Positions 27,505-38,190 of a stretch of DNA of 64,000 bases are shown here, piece by piece. The DNA lies in assembly GCA_910577755.1 (NCBI GenBank), contig CAJTNL010000010.1, forward strand, positions 8,703 through 72,702. Reading direction: 5' to 3'. The DNA is from an uncultured Eubacteriales bacterium (lineage in GTDB: Bacteria > Bacillota > Clostridia > Oscillospirales > Acutalibacteraceae). The notes beneath the pieces are model-generated. The model saw nothing but the letters and a program-made list of their open reading frames with translations, did not search any database and was not told where the DNA came from. Position 1 is the first letter of the stretch, and each line of letters begins with the position of its first letter. The position numbers were made by a program, and so were the translations under genes.

Positions 27505-30063
27505 GTGGATCAAAAGAAGTTTCAAGTAACCGGTATGACTTGTTCGTCATGTTCTTCTACAGTTGAAAGACATGTGAAAAAAATGGACGGCGTACAGGAT
27601 GTAACAGTTAATCTGTTATCTAATACTATGACGGTTTCTTATGATGAAACACAAGTGGATGATCAAAAAATTATAAATACTGTTGTAAAAGCCGGTTATC
27701 AAGCAGCGTTGATTCAAAAAGAAAAGCAGAAAAGAGTAAGTGCATCAGCAGAAACAACTCCCATTGAGCAAGATATGAAAAATATGAAGATGCGGTTAAT
27801 TGTTTCTTTTGTTTGTCTAGTTCCACTGATGTATATTTCTATGGGACATATGTTTGGTGTGCCAATACCCAGTTTTTTTACGGGTAATGAAAATGCGTTG
27901 TCATTTTCCATGATGCAATTTTTGCTCACTTTACCAGTGGTTTATGTCAACCGTAAATATTTTCAGGTAGGTTTTAAAAATCTTGTTAAGATGCACCCTA
28001 ACATGGACTCTTTAATTGCGCTTGGGTCTTCGGCCGCACTGGTTTATGGTGTATTTTCTATTTTTCAAATTGGTGTTGGTTTAGGGCATCAGAATATGGA
28101 AATGGTGCATCACTATACCATGGACTTATATTTTGAGTCTGCCGCTATGATTTTAGCGCTTATTACGCTAGGTAAGTTTTTGGAAACCAAATCTAAAGGA
28201 AAAACATCTGAAGCTATTACAAAGCTGTTGAATTTAGCGCCTAAAACAGCTACGGTCATACGCAGTGGAATAGAACAGGAGATTCCTGTTGAAGAGATTG
28301 TGGTTGGCGATTGTATTGTTATTCGGCCTGGGCAAAGTATTCCGGTAGACGGCGTGATTATGGAAGGCAGTTCTTCTGTTGATCAGTCTGCGTTGACAGG
28401 TGAAAGTATTCCTGTAGAGAAACAGCCAGGCGATCAGGTAATTGCGGCCTCGGTTAACAAAACAGGTTCTTTTCAAATGCGGGCGCAGAAAGTTGGCGAT
28501 GATACCACTTTAGCGCAGATCATCAGTTTGGTTGAGGATGCGAGCGCTTCTAAAGCGCCGATTGCCAAACTTGCTGATAAAATTAGCGGTGTATTTGTAC
28601 CTATTGTTATCGGAATTGCCGTAATTGCAACTGTAGTATGGCTGGCTTTGGGATATTCCTTTGCCTTTGCGCTATCAATTGGTATTGCAGTGCTAGTGAT
28701 TTCTTGTCCCTGTGCCCTCGGATTAGCAACGCCGGTGGCTATTATGGTAGGTACAGGCAAAGGCGCTGAAAATGGTATTTTGATTAAATCGGCAGAAGCG
28801 CTGGAGGTTGCGCATAGCGTGAAAACCGTAGTGCTTGATAAAACAGGCACGATTACGGAGGGGAAACCTGCGGTAACCGATGTTATTACAGCCGACGGTA
28901 TTAGCGAACAACAATTGTTGTCTGTGGCGGCATCTATTGAAAAACCATCAGAGCATCCTTTAGCTGAATCTATCGTAACGTATGCAGCAGAGAAAGGTAT
29001 TTCTTTGCTGACAGCGGAGCAATTTTCCGCAATTTCAGGCAGAGGTGTAAAAGCGTCTATCGATGGTACGGCTTACTATGCAGGTAACATTGCTTTTATG
29101 GAGGAGCAGCAAATTTCTACTAAGGAATTTGCTGCTATGGGTGATACTTTTGCAGAGCAGGGAAAAACACCGCTTTTCTTTGCAAGTAATCAATGTATAA
29201 TAGGCGTTATTGCGGTGGCGGATATTGTAAAACCAACAAGTGCAGAAGCAATCACCCAACTAAAAAATATGCAAATTGATGTGGTAATGCTCACCGGTGA
29301 TCATAAAAAAACTGCTGCTGCTATTCAAAATCAATTGGGCATTGACCGTGTGGTAGCTGAAGTTTTACCACAGGATAAAGAGAGGGAAATTCGTTTATTG
29401 CAGGAAAGTGGACAAAAAGTGTGTATGGTAGGCGATGGCATCAATGACGCCCCCGCTTTGGCAAGGGCAGACGTGGGTATTGCTATTGGAGCAGGTACTG
29501 ATATAGCAATTGAATCTGCAGATATTGTACTGATGAAAAGCAGTTTATTAGATGTGGTAACAGCCATTCGCTTAAGCAAATCTGTGCTTCGTAACATTAA
29601 GGAAAATTTATTTTGGGCGTTTTTTTATAACACGATAGGCATACCGTTGGCAGCGGGTATATTTTTCCCCTTGCTTGGATGGAAGTTAAATCCAATGTTT
29701 GGCGCTGCCGCTATGAGTTTAAGTTCTGTATGTGTAGTATTAAATGCTCTTAGACTTAAATTTTTTAAACCACTTCCAACGAAACAGACGGTTGCAGCAC
29801 CTTCTGTTTTAGAAGAAAAAAACAATGAAATAATGGGTCAAGGAGGACCAACAAAGATGAAAAAAATAATGAAAATTGAAGGTATGAGCTGCGGTCACTG
29901 TAAAGCGACTGTAGAAAAAACGCTGAATGGTTTTGAAGGCGTATATGCAACGGTAGATTTAGCGGAAAAATGCGCAGTGTTGGAAATAAGCGGTTCTATA
30001 GATGAACAGGCAATGATGGATGCTGTGAATGAAGCTGGTTTTCAGGCAATCTCAATAGAATAG
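27505..30063 (+). CDS. copA: Copper-translocating P1B-type ATPase with N-terminal and C-terminal HMA domains
   Basis: 852 aa, GTG start behind AGGAGG. Motifs are GMTCSSC (N-terminal HMA), [16 protein letters not shown] and a C-terminal GMSCGHC HMA domain. Confidence 0.95.
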   Translation: MDQKKFQVTGMTCSSCSSTVERHVKKMDGVQDVTVNLLSNTMTVSYDETQVDDQKIINTVVKAGYQAALIQKEKQKRVSASAETTPIEQDMKNMKMRLIVSFVCLVPLMYISMGHMFGVPIPSFFTGNENALSFSMMQFLLTLPVVYVNRKYFQVGFKNLVKMHPNMDSLIALGSSAALVYGVFSIFQIGVGLGHQNMEMVHHYTMDLYFESAAMILALITLGKFLETKSKGKTSEAITKLLNLAPKTATVIRSGIEQEIPVEEIVVGDCIVIRPGQSIPVDGVIMEGSSSVDQSALTGESIPVEKQPGDQVIAASVNKTGSFQMRAQKVGDDTTLAQIISLVEDASASKAPIAKLADKISGVFVPIVIGIAVIATVVWLALGYSFAFALSIGIAVLVISCPCALGLATPVAIMVGTGKGAENGILIKSAEALEVAHSVKTVVLDKTGTITEGKPAVTDVITADGISEQQLLSVAASIEKPSEHPLAESIVTYAAEKGISLLTAEQFSAISGRGVKASIDGTAYYAGNIAFMEEQQISTKEFAAMGDTFAEQGKTPLFFASNQCIIGVIAVADIVKPTSAEAITQLKNMQIDVVMLTGDHKKTAAAIQNQLGIDRVVAEVLPQDKEREIRLLQESGQKVCMVGDGINDAPALARADVGIAIGAGTDIAIESADIVLMKSSLLDVVTAIRLSKSVLRNIKENLFWAFFYNTIGIPLAAGIFFPLLGWKLNPMFGAAAMSLSSVCVVLNALRLKFFKPLPTKQTVAAPSVLEEKNNEIMGQGGPTKMKKIMKIEGMSCGHCKATVEKTLNGFEGVYATVDLAEKCAVLEISGSIDEQAMMDAVNEAGFQAISIE

Positions 30064-30074
30064 GCGGTTGAGAG

Positions 30075-30338
30075 ATGAAAGCGGATCAGGAAAAGGTTAT
30101 TCGTCTGCTAAAAACAGCCAGAGGACAATTAGACGGTTTATTAAGAATGGTAGAAGACGACCGTTATTGTATGGATATTTCAAATCAGTTACTGGCAACG
30201 CAGGCCATTTTAAAAAAAGTTAATAAAGAAGTGGTGCAGGCACACTTAGGCGACTGTGTGCGGGAAGCTTTTCAAAGAGGGAACGAAGAAGAAAAAATTG
30301 TTGAAATTATGGAGCTTTTGGATAAAATGGCAAAATAA
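30075..30338 (+). CDS. csoR: CsoR/RcnR family metal-sensing repressor
   Basis: 87 aa with RGQLDGL..M, YCMDI and H..DC (the C-H-C ligand pattern). Confidence 0.85.
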   Translation: MKADQEKVIRLLKTARGQLDGLLRMVEDDRYCMDISNQLLATQAILKKVNKEVVQAHLGDCVREAFQRGNEEEKIVEIMELLDKMAK

Positions 30339-30341
30339 AAA

Positions 30342-30376
30342 AATCAGGTATTTCTTAATCAGAATACCTGATTTTT
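30342..30376 (+). terminator. Terminator after csoR
   Basis: aatcaggtatt pairs with aatacctgatt (11 bp) and is followed by a T-run. Confidence 0.7.
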
Positions 30377-30515
30377 CTGTTAATAGGATAAAGGTATACG
30401 CAGTTGTTGCAAATAGACTATACAAATGATTTTTTTAGAGATTCGGCTTGACTTTTTATTGAGAATACTTTATGATTTACCTCGAAAATATGAATAGATA
30501 GAGAGGAGAATAGGT

Positions 30516-31367
30516 ATGGAATTAAAAAGAATTGCGGCTATTCATGATCTTTCTGGATTTGGAAAATGTTCGTTGACAGTTGCGCTTCCAATTCTTTCGT
30601 CTGCCGGCATTGAGACTAGTGTAATTCCCACGGCAGTCTTGTCAACCCATACAGGCGGATTTACAGGTTTTACATACAAAGATTTAACAGAAGATATCAT
30701 GGCAATTGCAGATCATTGGAATACATTGGAGATTGTGTTTGATGGTATTTACACCGGATTTTTAGGTTCGTTTGAGCAAGTGCATTTGATTGAAAATGTG
30801 ATTGAAAAGCTAAAAATGAATAAAACTTTGGTAGTGATTGATCCTGTTATGGCCGATAATGGAGAACTTTACGCCATTTTTTCAAAAGAGTTTCCGAAGG
30901 AAATGAAAAGGCTGTGTCAAAAAGCAGATTTATTGATTCCAAATTTAACGGAAGCCTCTTTGTTGGTAGATGAACCGTTTATGCAGGAGGGTACCTATAA
31001 ACCAGAGGACATTGAGCGTTTATTGCAGCGTTTGGCTACGCTATGTCAGGGTAATGTTGTGCTGACTGGGGTTTCCTTTGAGACAGGTAGAATTGGAGCT
31101 GCTATTTATGATAAAAGGAGCGCAGAAACCCAATATGCCTTTACACAGAAGATTGACGGTTATTATCATGGTACTGGAGATGTATTTGCAAGTACGGTGA
31201 CCGCTGGTATATTCAACGGGTTTACATTACTGCGGGCAACTCAAATTGCTGTAGATTTTACGGCTGCGGCTATCGCACGGTCAAAAACTGCTGGTACAGA
31301 TGTTCGTTTTGGTGTGAATTTTGAGCAAGAAATTCCTTCTTTGCTCAAAGCACTTAAATTAGTATAA
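30516..31367 (+). CDS. pdxK: Pyridoxamine/pyridoxal kinase
   Basis: 283 aa, ribokinase-like fold. N-terminus is RIAAIHDLSGFGKCSL, and GTGDVFAS is present. Confidence 0.85.
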   Translation: MELKRIAAIHDLSGFGKCSLTVALPILSSAGIETSVIPTAVLSTHTGGFTGFTYKDLTEDIMAIADHWNTLEIVFDGIYTGFLGSFEQVHLIENVIEKLKMNKTLVVIDPVMADNGELYAIFSKEFPKEMKRLCQKADLLIPNLTEASLLVDEPFMQEGTYKPEDIERLLQRLATLCQGNVVLTGVSFETGRIGAAIYDKRSAETQYAFTQKIDGYYHGTGDVFASTVTAGIFNGFTLLRATQIAVDFTAAAIARSKTAGTDVRFGVNFEQEIPSLLKALKLV

Positions 31368-31480
31368 ATTTTACTATTTTTGCGTAATTTTTTTTCATCT
31401 GTTCTAAAAAATTTCATATTCTTCTGCTTGAGTTTTATTATAATAGTATTATATTAAATAAAATGAGGGTAAAGTTTATT

Positions 31481-31873
31481 ATGATGAATCGAATCGCAAA
31501 ATTTATGTATGGCAGGTATGGTACGGATCAGCTCAATATTGCAATTATTCTTTTATCATTACTTATATCTATTATACTCCGGTTTACACCAGTTTGGTAT
31601 TTGGGGTATCTTAGTTATATTTTGTTAGGTGTTGCTATTTGGAGGATGTTTTCAAGGCATATTGAGGCAAGAAGGAAAGAAAATGCAGTGTTTTTAAAAT
31701 TTATTCGTCCTGTTAAGGGTAGAATGCAATATGCAAATAGAAACTTAAGGGATAAAACTCATAAGTATTATAAATGTCCGAAGTGCAAAGCTGTTTTGCG
31801 TGTTCCCAAAGGACGCGGTAAAATTCAAATTACCTGTACAAGGTGCAAATATGAGTTTATTAAGAAAACTTAA
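31481..31873 (+). CDS. Membrane protein with C-terminal zinc-ribbon (CPKC...CTRC)
   Basis: Two hydrophobic segments followed by CPKCKAVLRVPKGRGKIQITCTRC. No functional assignment. Confidence 0.55.
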   Translation: MMNRIAKFMYGRYGTDQLNIAIILLSLLISIILRFTPVWYLGYLSYILLGVAIWRMFSRHIEARRKENAVFLKFIRPVKGRMQYANRNLRDKTHKYYKCPKCKAVLRVPKGRGKIQITCTRCKYEFIKKT

Positions 31874-32106
31874 ACCGAGTAGAAGCGATAAATGCGGGTT
31901 TAAAGTTTAACGACAATTTAATATATTATTTGTTACAGAAGATAGGCAAACCGTTTTTTTAAGTGAAAGGTTTGCTTTTTGTATTGTGTAAAAGTCTGAA
32001 ATTGGTACAGCACGTATTGGAAAATATAACGTTCTTATTTACAATTAATTGTCACATAACATATAATAAGTACATGGAATCGTAAAAAAGGAGAATCGAT
32101 GTACAA

Positions 32107-33120
32107 ATGCTAAAAGGGAAAAAATTATTGATTACCGGTGGTACAGGTTCTTTCGGCAATGCTGTTCTAAATCGTTTTTTAAACACGGATATAGAAGAAA
32201 TTCGTGTTTTTTCCAGAGATGAAAAAAAGCAGGATGATATGCGCCGTATTTACCAAAATAATAAAATACAATATTACATAGGAGATGTGCGGGATTTAAA
32301 TAGTATCAGGCAGGCCATGTATGATGTAGATTATGTGTTTCATGCTGCGGCATTGAAACAAGTGCCAAACTGTGAATTTTTTCCGTTGGAAGCAGTAAAA
32401 ACTAATGTAATAGGCACCGATCACGTATTAACTGCCGCAATAGATGCAGGTGTAAAAAAAGTGATTTGCCTGTCTACCGATAAAGCGGCTTATCCGGTAA
32501 ATGCCATGGGAGCGTCTAAAGCGCTGATGGAAAAAGTATTTGTAGCTAGAGCGCGAACAGTTTCTCCTGAGCGTACATTGATTTGTGGTACTCGTTATGG
32601 AAATGTGATAGGCTCCAGAGGCTCAGTGATTCCATTATTTATAGAGCAAATAAAAACCGGAAAAGCCTTGACCGTAACCAATGAGCGGATGACCCGTTTT
32701 ATGATGAGTTTGGAGGAGGCGGTAGATTTGGTGCTTTTTGCTTTTGCACATGCACAATCTGGTGATATTATCGTGCAAAAAGCTCCGGCATGTACCATTG
32801 GAATTTTAGTAAGGGCATTACAGGAACTGTTTGGTACGGAACAAAAGGTGGATATCATTGGTGTGCGTCATGGTGAAAAATTATACGAAACTTTGCTAAC
32901 AAAAGAAGAATGTGTCCGTGCGATTGATATGGGGCATTTTTACCGTGTACCTATGGATAAGCGTAAGTTAAATTACAGTCGATACCAAATGGAGGAAAGA
33001 GGAGAAGGGACAGCTGTAATTGAGGAATTTAACTCTAATAATACTATACAGTTGAGTGTTGATCAAGTAAAAGAACGCTTGTTAAAACTGCCGATTATAT
33101 TGAAAGAGCTAAAGTGTTGA
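32107..33120 (+). CDS. CapE/FnlA-like UDP-N-acetylglucosamine 4,6-dehydratase/5-epimerase (SDR, polysaccharide biosynthesis)
   Basis: 337 aa. LITGGTGSFGNAVLNRFL...IRVFSRDEKKQDDMR...YYIGDVRD matches my recollection of CapE/FnlA/WbjB. Confidence 0.75.
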   Translation: MLKGKKLLITGGTGSFGNAVLNRFLNTDIEEIRVFSRDEKKQDDMRRIYQNNKIQYYIGDVRDLNSIRQAMYDVDYVFHAAALKQVPNCEFFPLEAVKTNVIGTDHVLTAAIDAGVKKVICLSTDKAAYPVNAMGASKALMEKVFVARARTVSPERTLICGTRYGNVIGSRGSVIPLFIEQIKTGKALTVTNERMTRFMMSLEEAVDLVLFAFAHAQSGDIIVQKAPACTIGILVRALQELFGTEQKVDIIGVRHGEKLYETLLTKEECVRAIDMGHFYRVPMDKRKLNYSRYQMEERGEGTAVIEEFNSNNTIQLSVDQVKERLLKLPIILKELKC

Positions 33121-33396
33121 GTGTAAAGGTGGAACAATTGTTAGTTTGAGATTTTATAATAAGTTTATTTTTACCAATTATAAATAGGCGTTATATTGTA
33201 CGAGTTTTAAAAGATTAAAAGTGCCTTTATGATATCTGTCAGGCATAATGAGAAACATAAAAGTGATATATGAGAGAATTGTTTTTGTTACAGTTATAGG
33301 ACAGATATTAAACTATGTATAATATTTTTAGGGGTCAATATCATAATTTGATTTATACAAATACTATATACACTCCAATTCGTAAGTCTGGTTATG

Positions 33397-33440
33397 AAAA
33401 GATGCCGCATAAAATATTAATATTTTATGCGGCATCTTTT
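33397..33440. terminator. Perfect palindromic hairpin between convergent capE-like and cobO genes
   Basis: aaaagatgccgcataaaatatt pairs with aatattttatgcggcatctttt. Confidence 0.55.
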
Positions 33441-33521
33441 CATTGTATTTATAAACAATAAAATAGTTTTTATTGAATTGCTTTCATTGTGCCATGCTGT
33501 TAAATATCAGATTTGTACGTA

Positions 33522-34046
33522 TTACCATTCTACACCGAGGCGTGCGGGAATCCCTCTGTCAAAAGGATGTTTGATTTTTTTCATTTCGGTAACGTAATCA
33601 GCAGCTTGTATCATATATTCGTCAGGATCGCGACCGGTCAGTACTAATTCTAATTTTTCCGGTTTGTTAGCTATAAACTGTTTTAGCTTTTCCTTGTTAA
33701 TTAGATTGTTATTATATACTGCCATAATTTCATCTAAAATTAATAAATCACAATGACCGTTTGCGGCATGATGAATTGCTTGCTCAAGCTGGCGGTTTTG
33801 GTAAACGGTGATTTCTCGCTTTTGTTCCTCGGTCATGTGAAAAATAAAAGGTGTTCCTTCTTTACTGCGAAGAATCGTTACGTTAGGCTGTTGCAGCAGT
33901 ACTTTTAGTTCACCAGTAGGACCGCCTTTGATAAATTGTATAATAAAAACTCGTTTTCCATTGCCGATGGCGCGTATTGCCAATCCCATGGCAGCTGTGG
34001 TTTTTCCTTTTCCCTCTCCACAATAAATATGTATTAAGCCTTTCAT
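33522..34046 (-). CDS. cobO: Cob(I)yrinic acid a,c-diamide adenosyltransferase
   Basis: 174 aa with GEGKGKTTAAMG (P-loop). CobO/BtuR family. Confidence 0.9.
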   Translation of the reverse strand: MKGLIHIYCGEGKGKTTAAMGLAIRAIGNGKRVFIIQFIKGGPTGELKVLLQQPNVTILRSKEGTPFIFHMTEEQKREITVYQNRQLEQAIHHAANGHCDLLILDEIMAVYNNNLINKEKLKQFIANKPEKLELVLTGRDPDEYMIQAADYVTEMKKIKHPFDRGIPARLGVEW

Positions 34047-34292
34047 CTGTTTCCTCCGATACTTATCAATGATTTTCGATAATTTAGTTTTTATTTATCA
34101 TATCATATTTTACAACAAAAGTATTAAATATTTTATCATTATTTATTGCTTTACTGAATGCATTTTCATTTACTTTGTTATTTATAATTATTTTGCCGTT
34201 CTATTTGATTTTTCGCTTATAAAGAAGTATAATAAAGTAAATTTGAACCGTATAGATGCGAAAAATAGGTACGGCGGCAGGGAGGAATCATT

Positions 34293-35312
34293 GTGCAGTT
34301 AAGTGTAAATCTACAGCAAAAAAGTTACGATATTATCATAGAGCGGGGGATTTTAAATCGTATTGCTACATATGCGAACCTTAACCGTAAAATATTGATT
34401 ATTAGTGACGCTGGTGTGCCAAAGCGATATGTAGATACAGTTATGGCACAATGTCCGCAGGGAGCGTACCATATTGTACAGCAAGGAGAGGGCGCAAAAT
34501 CTTTTCCGGTATATAAAGTGTTATGCCGTAAACTGCTGGAGCTTGGTTTTACCAGAACAGATTGCATTATTGCTTTAGGCGGCGGCGTTATCGGGGATTT
34601 ATGCGGTTTTGTGGCTGCTACCTATTTACGCGGCATAGAGTTTATTGGTATTCCTACTACAACTCTTTCTCAAATCGACAGCAGTATTGGAGGTAAGGTT
34701 GCCATCAATCTGGAAGATGTGAAAAATATCATTGGAGGATTTCATCATCCTTCTGTTGTGCTGATTGATCCAGATACATTACAAACTCTGCCAAAACGTC
34801 ATTTTATGAACGGTTTAGTCGAGGCGGTCAAAGCAGGTTTAATTTATGACAGTTCAATTTTGGAGCTGTTTGAAACATTTGACCCAATAGAGCAGATAGA
34901 GGAAATTATTTATCGTTCTTTACTGGTAAAAAAAGCAGTAGTGGAGCAGGATGAAAAAGAACAGAATTTGCGTAAAATTTTAAACTTCGGTCATACATTG
35001 GGGCATGGTATTGAAAGTGTATATGGACTTTCAGAGTTGCTGCACGGTGAATGTGTAGCCATTGGTATGATTCCTATGTTGGAGAATGCAGACTTAAAGG
35101 AGCGCGTTTTACGCATTTACGATAAATTACATTTAAAGAGTGATGTTGACTATAACGCAGACGAAGTATTTGCTGTAATGAAGAAAGATAAAAAGGCGCA
35201 GGGAGATACCATTACCGTTGTGAAAGTAAAAGAAGCAGGTATGGCAAGACTTGAAAACATCTCTATGGAAAGTCTGTATCAATTTTTAACGGAAATAAAA
35301 CCACAATCCTAA
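34293..35312 (+). CDS. aroB: 3-dehydroquinate synthase
   Basis: 339 aa, GTG start behind GGGAGGA. GGGVIGD, and an HGH..G metal site. Confidence 0.9.
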   Translation: MQLSVNLQQKSYDIIIERGILNRIATYANLNRKILIISDAGVPKRYVDTVMAQCPQGAYHIVQQGEGAKSFPVYKVLCRKLLELGFTRTDCIIALGGGVIGDLCGFVAATYLRGIEFIGIPTTTLSQIDSSIGGKVAINLEDVKNIIGGFHHPSVVLIDPDTLQTLPKRHFMNGLVEAVKAGLIYDSSILELFETFDPIEQIEEIIYRSLLVKKAVVEQDEKEQNLRKILNFGHTLGHGIESVYGLSELLHGECVAIGMIPMLENADLKERVLRIYDKLHLKSDVDYNADEVFAVMKKDKKAQGDTITVVKVKEAGMARLENISMESLYQFLTEIKPQS

Positions 35313-35334
35313 ATAGGAACGAGGTAAACTGTCA

Positions 35335-36435
35335 ATGAAAAGCACATTTGGAGAACATATTCAAATCAGTTTATTTGGAGAATCTCACGGTGCGGCGATT
35401 GGTGTGAATATCAATGGTTTAGCATCTGGAATTCCGTTGGACTTGAATTTTATACAAGAGCAACTAAATAAACGCAAGCCACAAGGCAAAATTTCTACTC
35501 AGCGTAGAGAAGCGGACGAATTTGAAATAGTAAGCGGTTTTTTTAACGGCTATACAACGGGCACGCCGTTATGTATTTTGATCCGTAATCAGAGCCAGCA
35601 TAGCAAAGATTATGAAGCGACGAAATATTTAATGCGTCCGTCTCACGCTGATTTTACAGCTTTTGAAAAATATAAAGGTTTTCATGATTATCGTGGCGGC
35701 GGACATTTTTCCGGGAGAATTACAACGCCGATTGTTGCGGCAGGCGCTATTTGTCTGCAAATTTTAAAGCAAAAAGGCATTGTTGTAACCACCCATATTG
35801 CGTCCTGTAAAGGTGTAAAGGATGTACCGTTTGGTAACACAGAGACAGAATTATTAGAGCAAGCTGAAATAATTAATAGCAGTTATTTTCCGGTTATCAG
35901 CGACACGGCAGGCCGGAAAATGGTTCAGGTGATTGAACAGGCACATAGCAACGGAGACTCTGTAGGAGGTGTGTTGGAGACAGCTGTCATTCATATGCCG
36001 TCAGGCATCGGAGAGCCGTTTTTCGGCTCTGTTGAGAGTGTGTTAGCACAATTGTTGTTCAGTGTACCGGGTATAAAAGGTGTAGAATTTGGTCTAGGAT
36101 TTAATTTTGCCGATTGCTTTGGTAGTCAGGCTAATGATCCGTTTGTTATGAAAGATAAGGTACGCACGGTAACCAATCATAATGGTGGTATTAACGGAGG
36201 CATTAGCAACGGAATGCCTATTATCATAAAAACAGTGGTGAAACCAACACCATCTATTTATCAGGTACAGCAAACAGTTGATATTGAGAAACTGGAAAAT
36301 GCACAGTTACAAATTCATGGACGTCATGATCCTGCCATTATTCACCGTGCAAGAGTCGTAGTGGACAGCATGGTTGCTATCGGATTGGTAGATTTATTTG
36401 CAGATCGTTACGGTTATATATGGATGGAACCGTAA
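35335..36435 (+). CDS. aroC: Chorismate synthase
   Basis: 366 aa. GESHG at the N-terminus, and RPSHAD. Confidence 0.95.
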   Translation: MKSTFGEHIQISLFGESHGAAIGVNINGLASGIPLDLNFIQEQLNKRKPQGKISTQRREADEFEIVSGFFNGYTTGTPLCILIRNQSQHSKDYEATKYLMRPSHADFTAFEKYKGFHDYRGGGHFSGRITTPIVAAGAICLQILKQKGIVVTTHIASCKGVKDVPFGNTETELLEQAEIINSSYFPVISDTAGRKMVQVIEQAHSNGDSVGGVLETAVIHMPSGIGEPFFGSVESVLAQLLFSVPGIKGVEFGLGFNFADCFGSQANDPFVMKDKVRTVTNHNGGINGGISNGMPIIIKTVVKPTPSIYQVQQTVDIEKLENAQLQIHGRHDPAIIHRARVVVDSMVAIGLVDLFADRYGYIWMEP

Positions 36436-36467
36436 TACTTACCAAAAGAAAGGAATGGTTTGAATAT

Positions 36468-37745
36468 ATGGAATATGGATTGATAGGAGAAAAGTTGGGA
36501 CATAGCTTTTCCAAAATTATGCACGAAAAACTAGCAGATTATACCTATGAGCTTTGTCCGTTGGCAAAAGATCAATTGGATATTTTTATGCAAGAAAAGC
36601 GGTTTAAAGCCATCAATGTGACGATTCCATATAAACAGACTGTCCTTCCTTATTGCGATGAATTGGATGAAGCGGCGAAGTGTATTGGGGTTGTAAATAC
36701 GATTGTAAACAGAAATGGAAAGCTTTGGGGTTATAACACAGATTTGGCAGGGTTTCTATATAATTTAAAATCTCATGGAATTGATCTGAAAGATAAAAAA
36801 TTGATGATATGCGGTAGTGGAGGTACATGTAAAACCGTAATGGCGGCGGCGCAGCATATGGGTGCGAAAGAAATTGTAGTAGTAAGCCGTACAAAACAAA
36901 CTCACACTGTTACGTATGAAGAATGCTTGCATCATAAAGATGTAAATGTAATTGTCAATGCGTCTCCGAAAGGTATGTATCCGGATACTGATGGAGCGCC
37001 TCTTAATTTAACAGCATTTCCGGTATGTACCGCAGTGGTAGATGTGATTTATAATCCACTGAAAACAAAATTGTTGCAGCAGGCGGAAGCTCTGGGTATG
37101 AAAGCGGTAAACGGGTTGGGAATGCTAGTGGCACAAGCTAAGTTTGCAGTCGAGCATTTTTTGTCAGTTGAATTTTCAGACGATAAAATTGGTGAAATTA
37201 CATTAGAATTACTTGAACAGCTTACGAATATTGTGTTGATTGGTATGCCAAGCTGTGGTAAAACCTTAACGGGACAGGCTTTAAGCAGATACATTGATAA
37301 AAACTGTGTAGATACGGATGCAGTGATTGAAGAACGTACTGGTATGCATATTAAAGAAATTTTTGCTCGGCATGGAGAAGATTATTTTCGTCAATTGGAA
37401 TATGATGTTATTACAGAGTTGTCTAAGCAGAACGGCTTAATTATTGCAACAGGCGGAGGAGCGGTGAAAAATGAAGAGAATATACAACATTTAAAACAAA
37501 ATGGTATTGTATTGTTTATCGACAGAGAATTAGAGATGCTTATGGCGACAGATGACCGCCCTCTTTCTAAAGATGTTGATGCAATTGCAAAGCTGTATCA
37601 GGAGCGTTATCCTCTTTACACAAAGTTTGGAGATTTGCGTATTTCTAATCATTATCCAATGGAAATATCACAGCAAGAGACTAAGGAGCTAGTCAATACA
37701 ATTTTGGAGGGCTATCATGAAATTCTCTATCATCAATGGGCCTAA
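36468..37745 (+). CDS. Bifunctional shikimate dehydrogenase / shikimate kinase (AroE-AroK fusion)
   Basis: The N-terminal part (YGLIGEKLGHSFS...NVTIPYK...GSGGTCK) is AroE-like. The C-terminal part (IVLIGMPSCGKTLTG P-loop...ATGGG) is AroK-like. Confidence 0.85.
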   Translation: MEYGLIGEKLGHSFSKIMHEKLADYTYELCPLAKDQLDIFMQEKRFKAINVTIPYKQTVLPYCDELDEAAKCIGVVNTIVNRNGKLWGYNTDLAGFLYNLKSHGIDLKDKKLMICGSGGTCKTVMAAAQHMGAKEIVVVSRTKQTHTVTYEECLHHKDVNVIVNASPKGMYPDTDGAPLNLTAFPVCTAVVDVIYNPLKTKLLQQAEALGMKAVNGLGMLVAQAKFAVEHFLSVEFSDDKIGEITLELLEQLTNIVLIGMPSCGKTLTGQALSRYIDKNCVDTDAVIEERTGMHIKEIFARHGEDYFRQLEYDVITELSKQNGLIIATGGGAVKNEENIQHLKQNGIVLFIDRELEMLMATDDRPLSKDVDAIAKLYQERYPLYTKFGDLRISNHYPMEISQQETKELVNTILEGYHEILYHQWA

Positions 37746-38151
37746 TTTAAATATGTTGGGGATTCGCGAGCCTGCTATTTATGGTAATACTACGTATGCT
37801 GATTTGGTAGCGCTGATTCACCAGGCGGCAAAGGAAGAAGAAGTACAGGTGGAGATATTACAAAGTAATCATGAAGGTATGCTTGTCGATGAAATTCAAC
37901 GTGCTTATGATAAAGCTGACGGCATTATCATTAATCCTGCCGCCTATACCCATACTAGTATTGCTATTTTAGATGCGTTGAAAGCAGTAGCTTTGCCTGC
38001 AGTGGAGGTGCATATTTCCAACCTAAATGAGCGGGAGTCATTCCGTCAAATCTCATATGCAGGGCAGGCTTGCTTTCACACCGTAATGGGACAGGGTATT
38101 GAAGGTTATCGTACTGCCATAAAAATATTAAAACAAAAGTTGCTCGGTTAA
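37717..38151 (+). CDS. aroQ: Type II 3-dehydroquinate dehydratase
   Basis: 144 aa with INGPNLNMLG, QSNHEG and HISN. Confidence 0.9.
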   Translation: MKFSIINGPNLNMLGIREPAIYGNTTYADLVALIHQAAKEEEVQVEILQSNHEGMLVDEIQRAYDKADGIIINPAAYTHTSIAILDALKAVALPAVEVHISNLNERESFRQISYAGQACFHTVMGQGIEGYRTAIKILKQKLLG

Positions 38152-38190
38152 ACGATTATAGAAATATTGAGCTGGAAAGGGTTCTGTATA

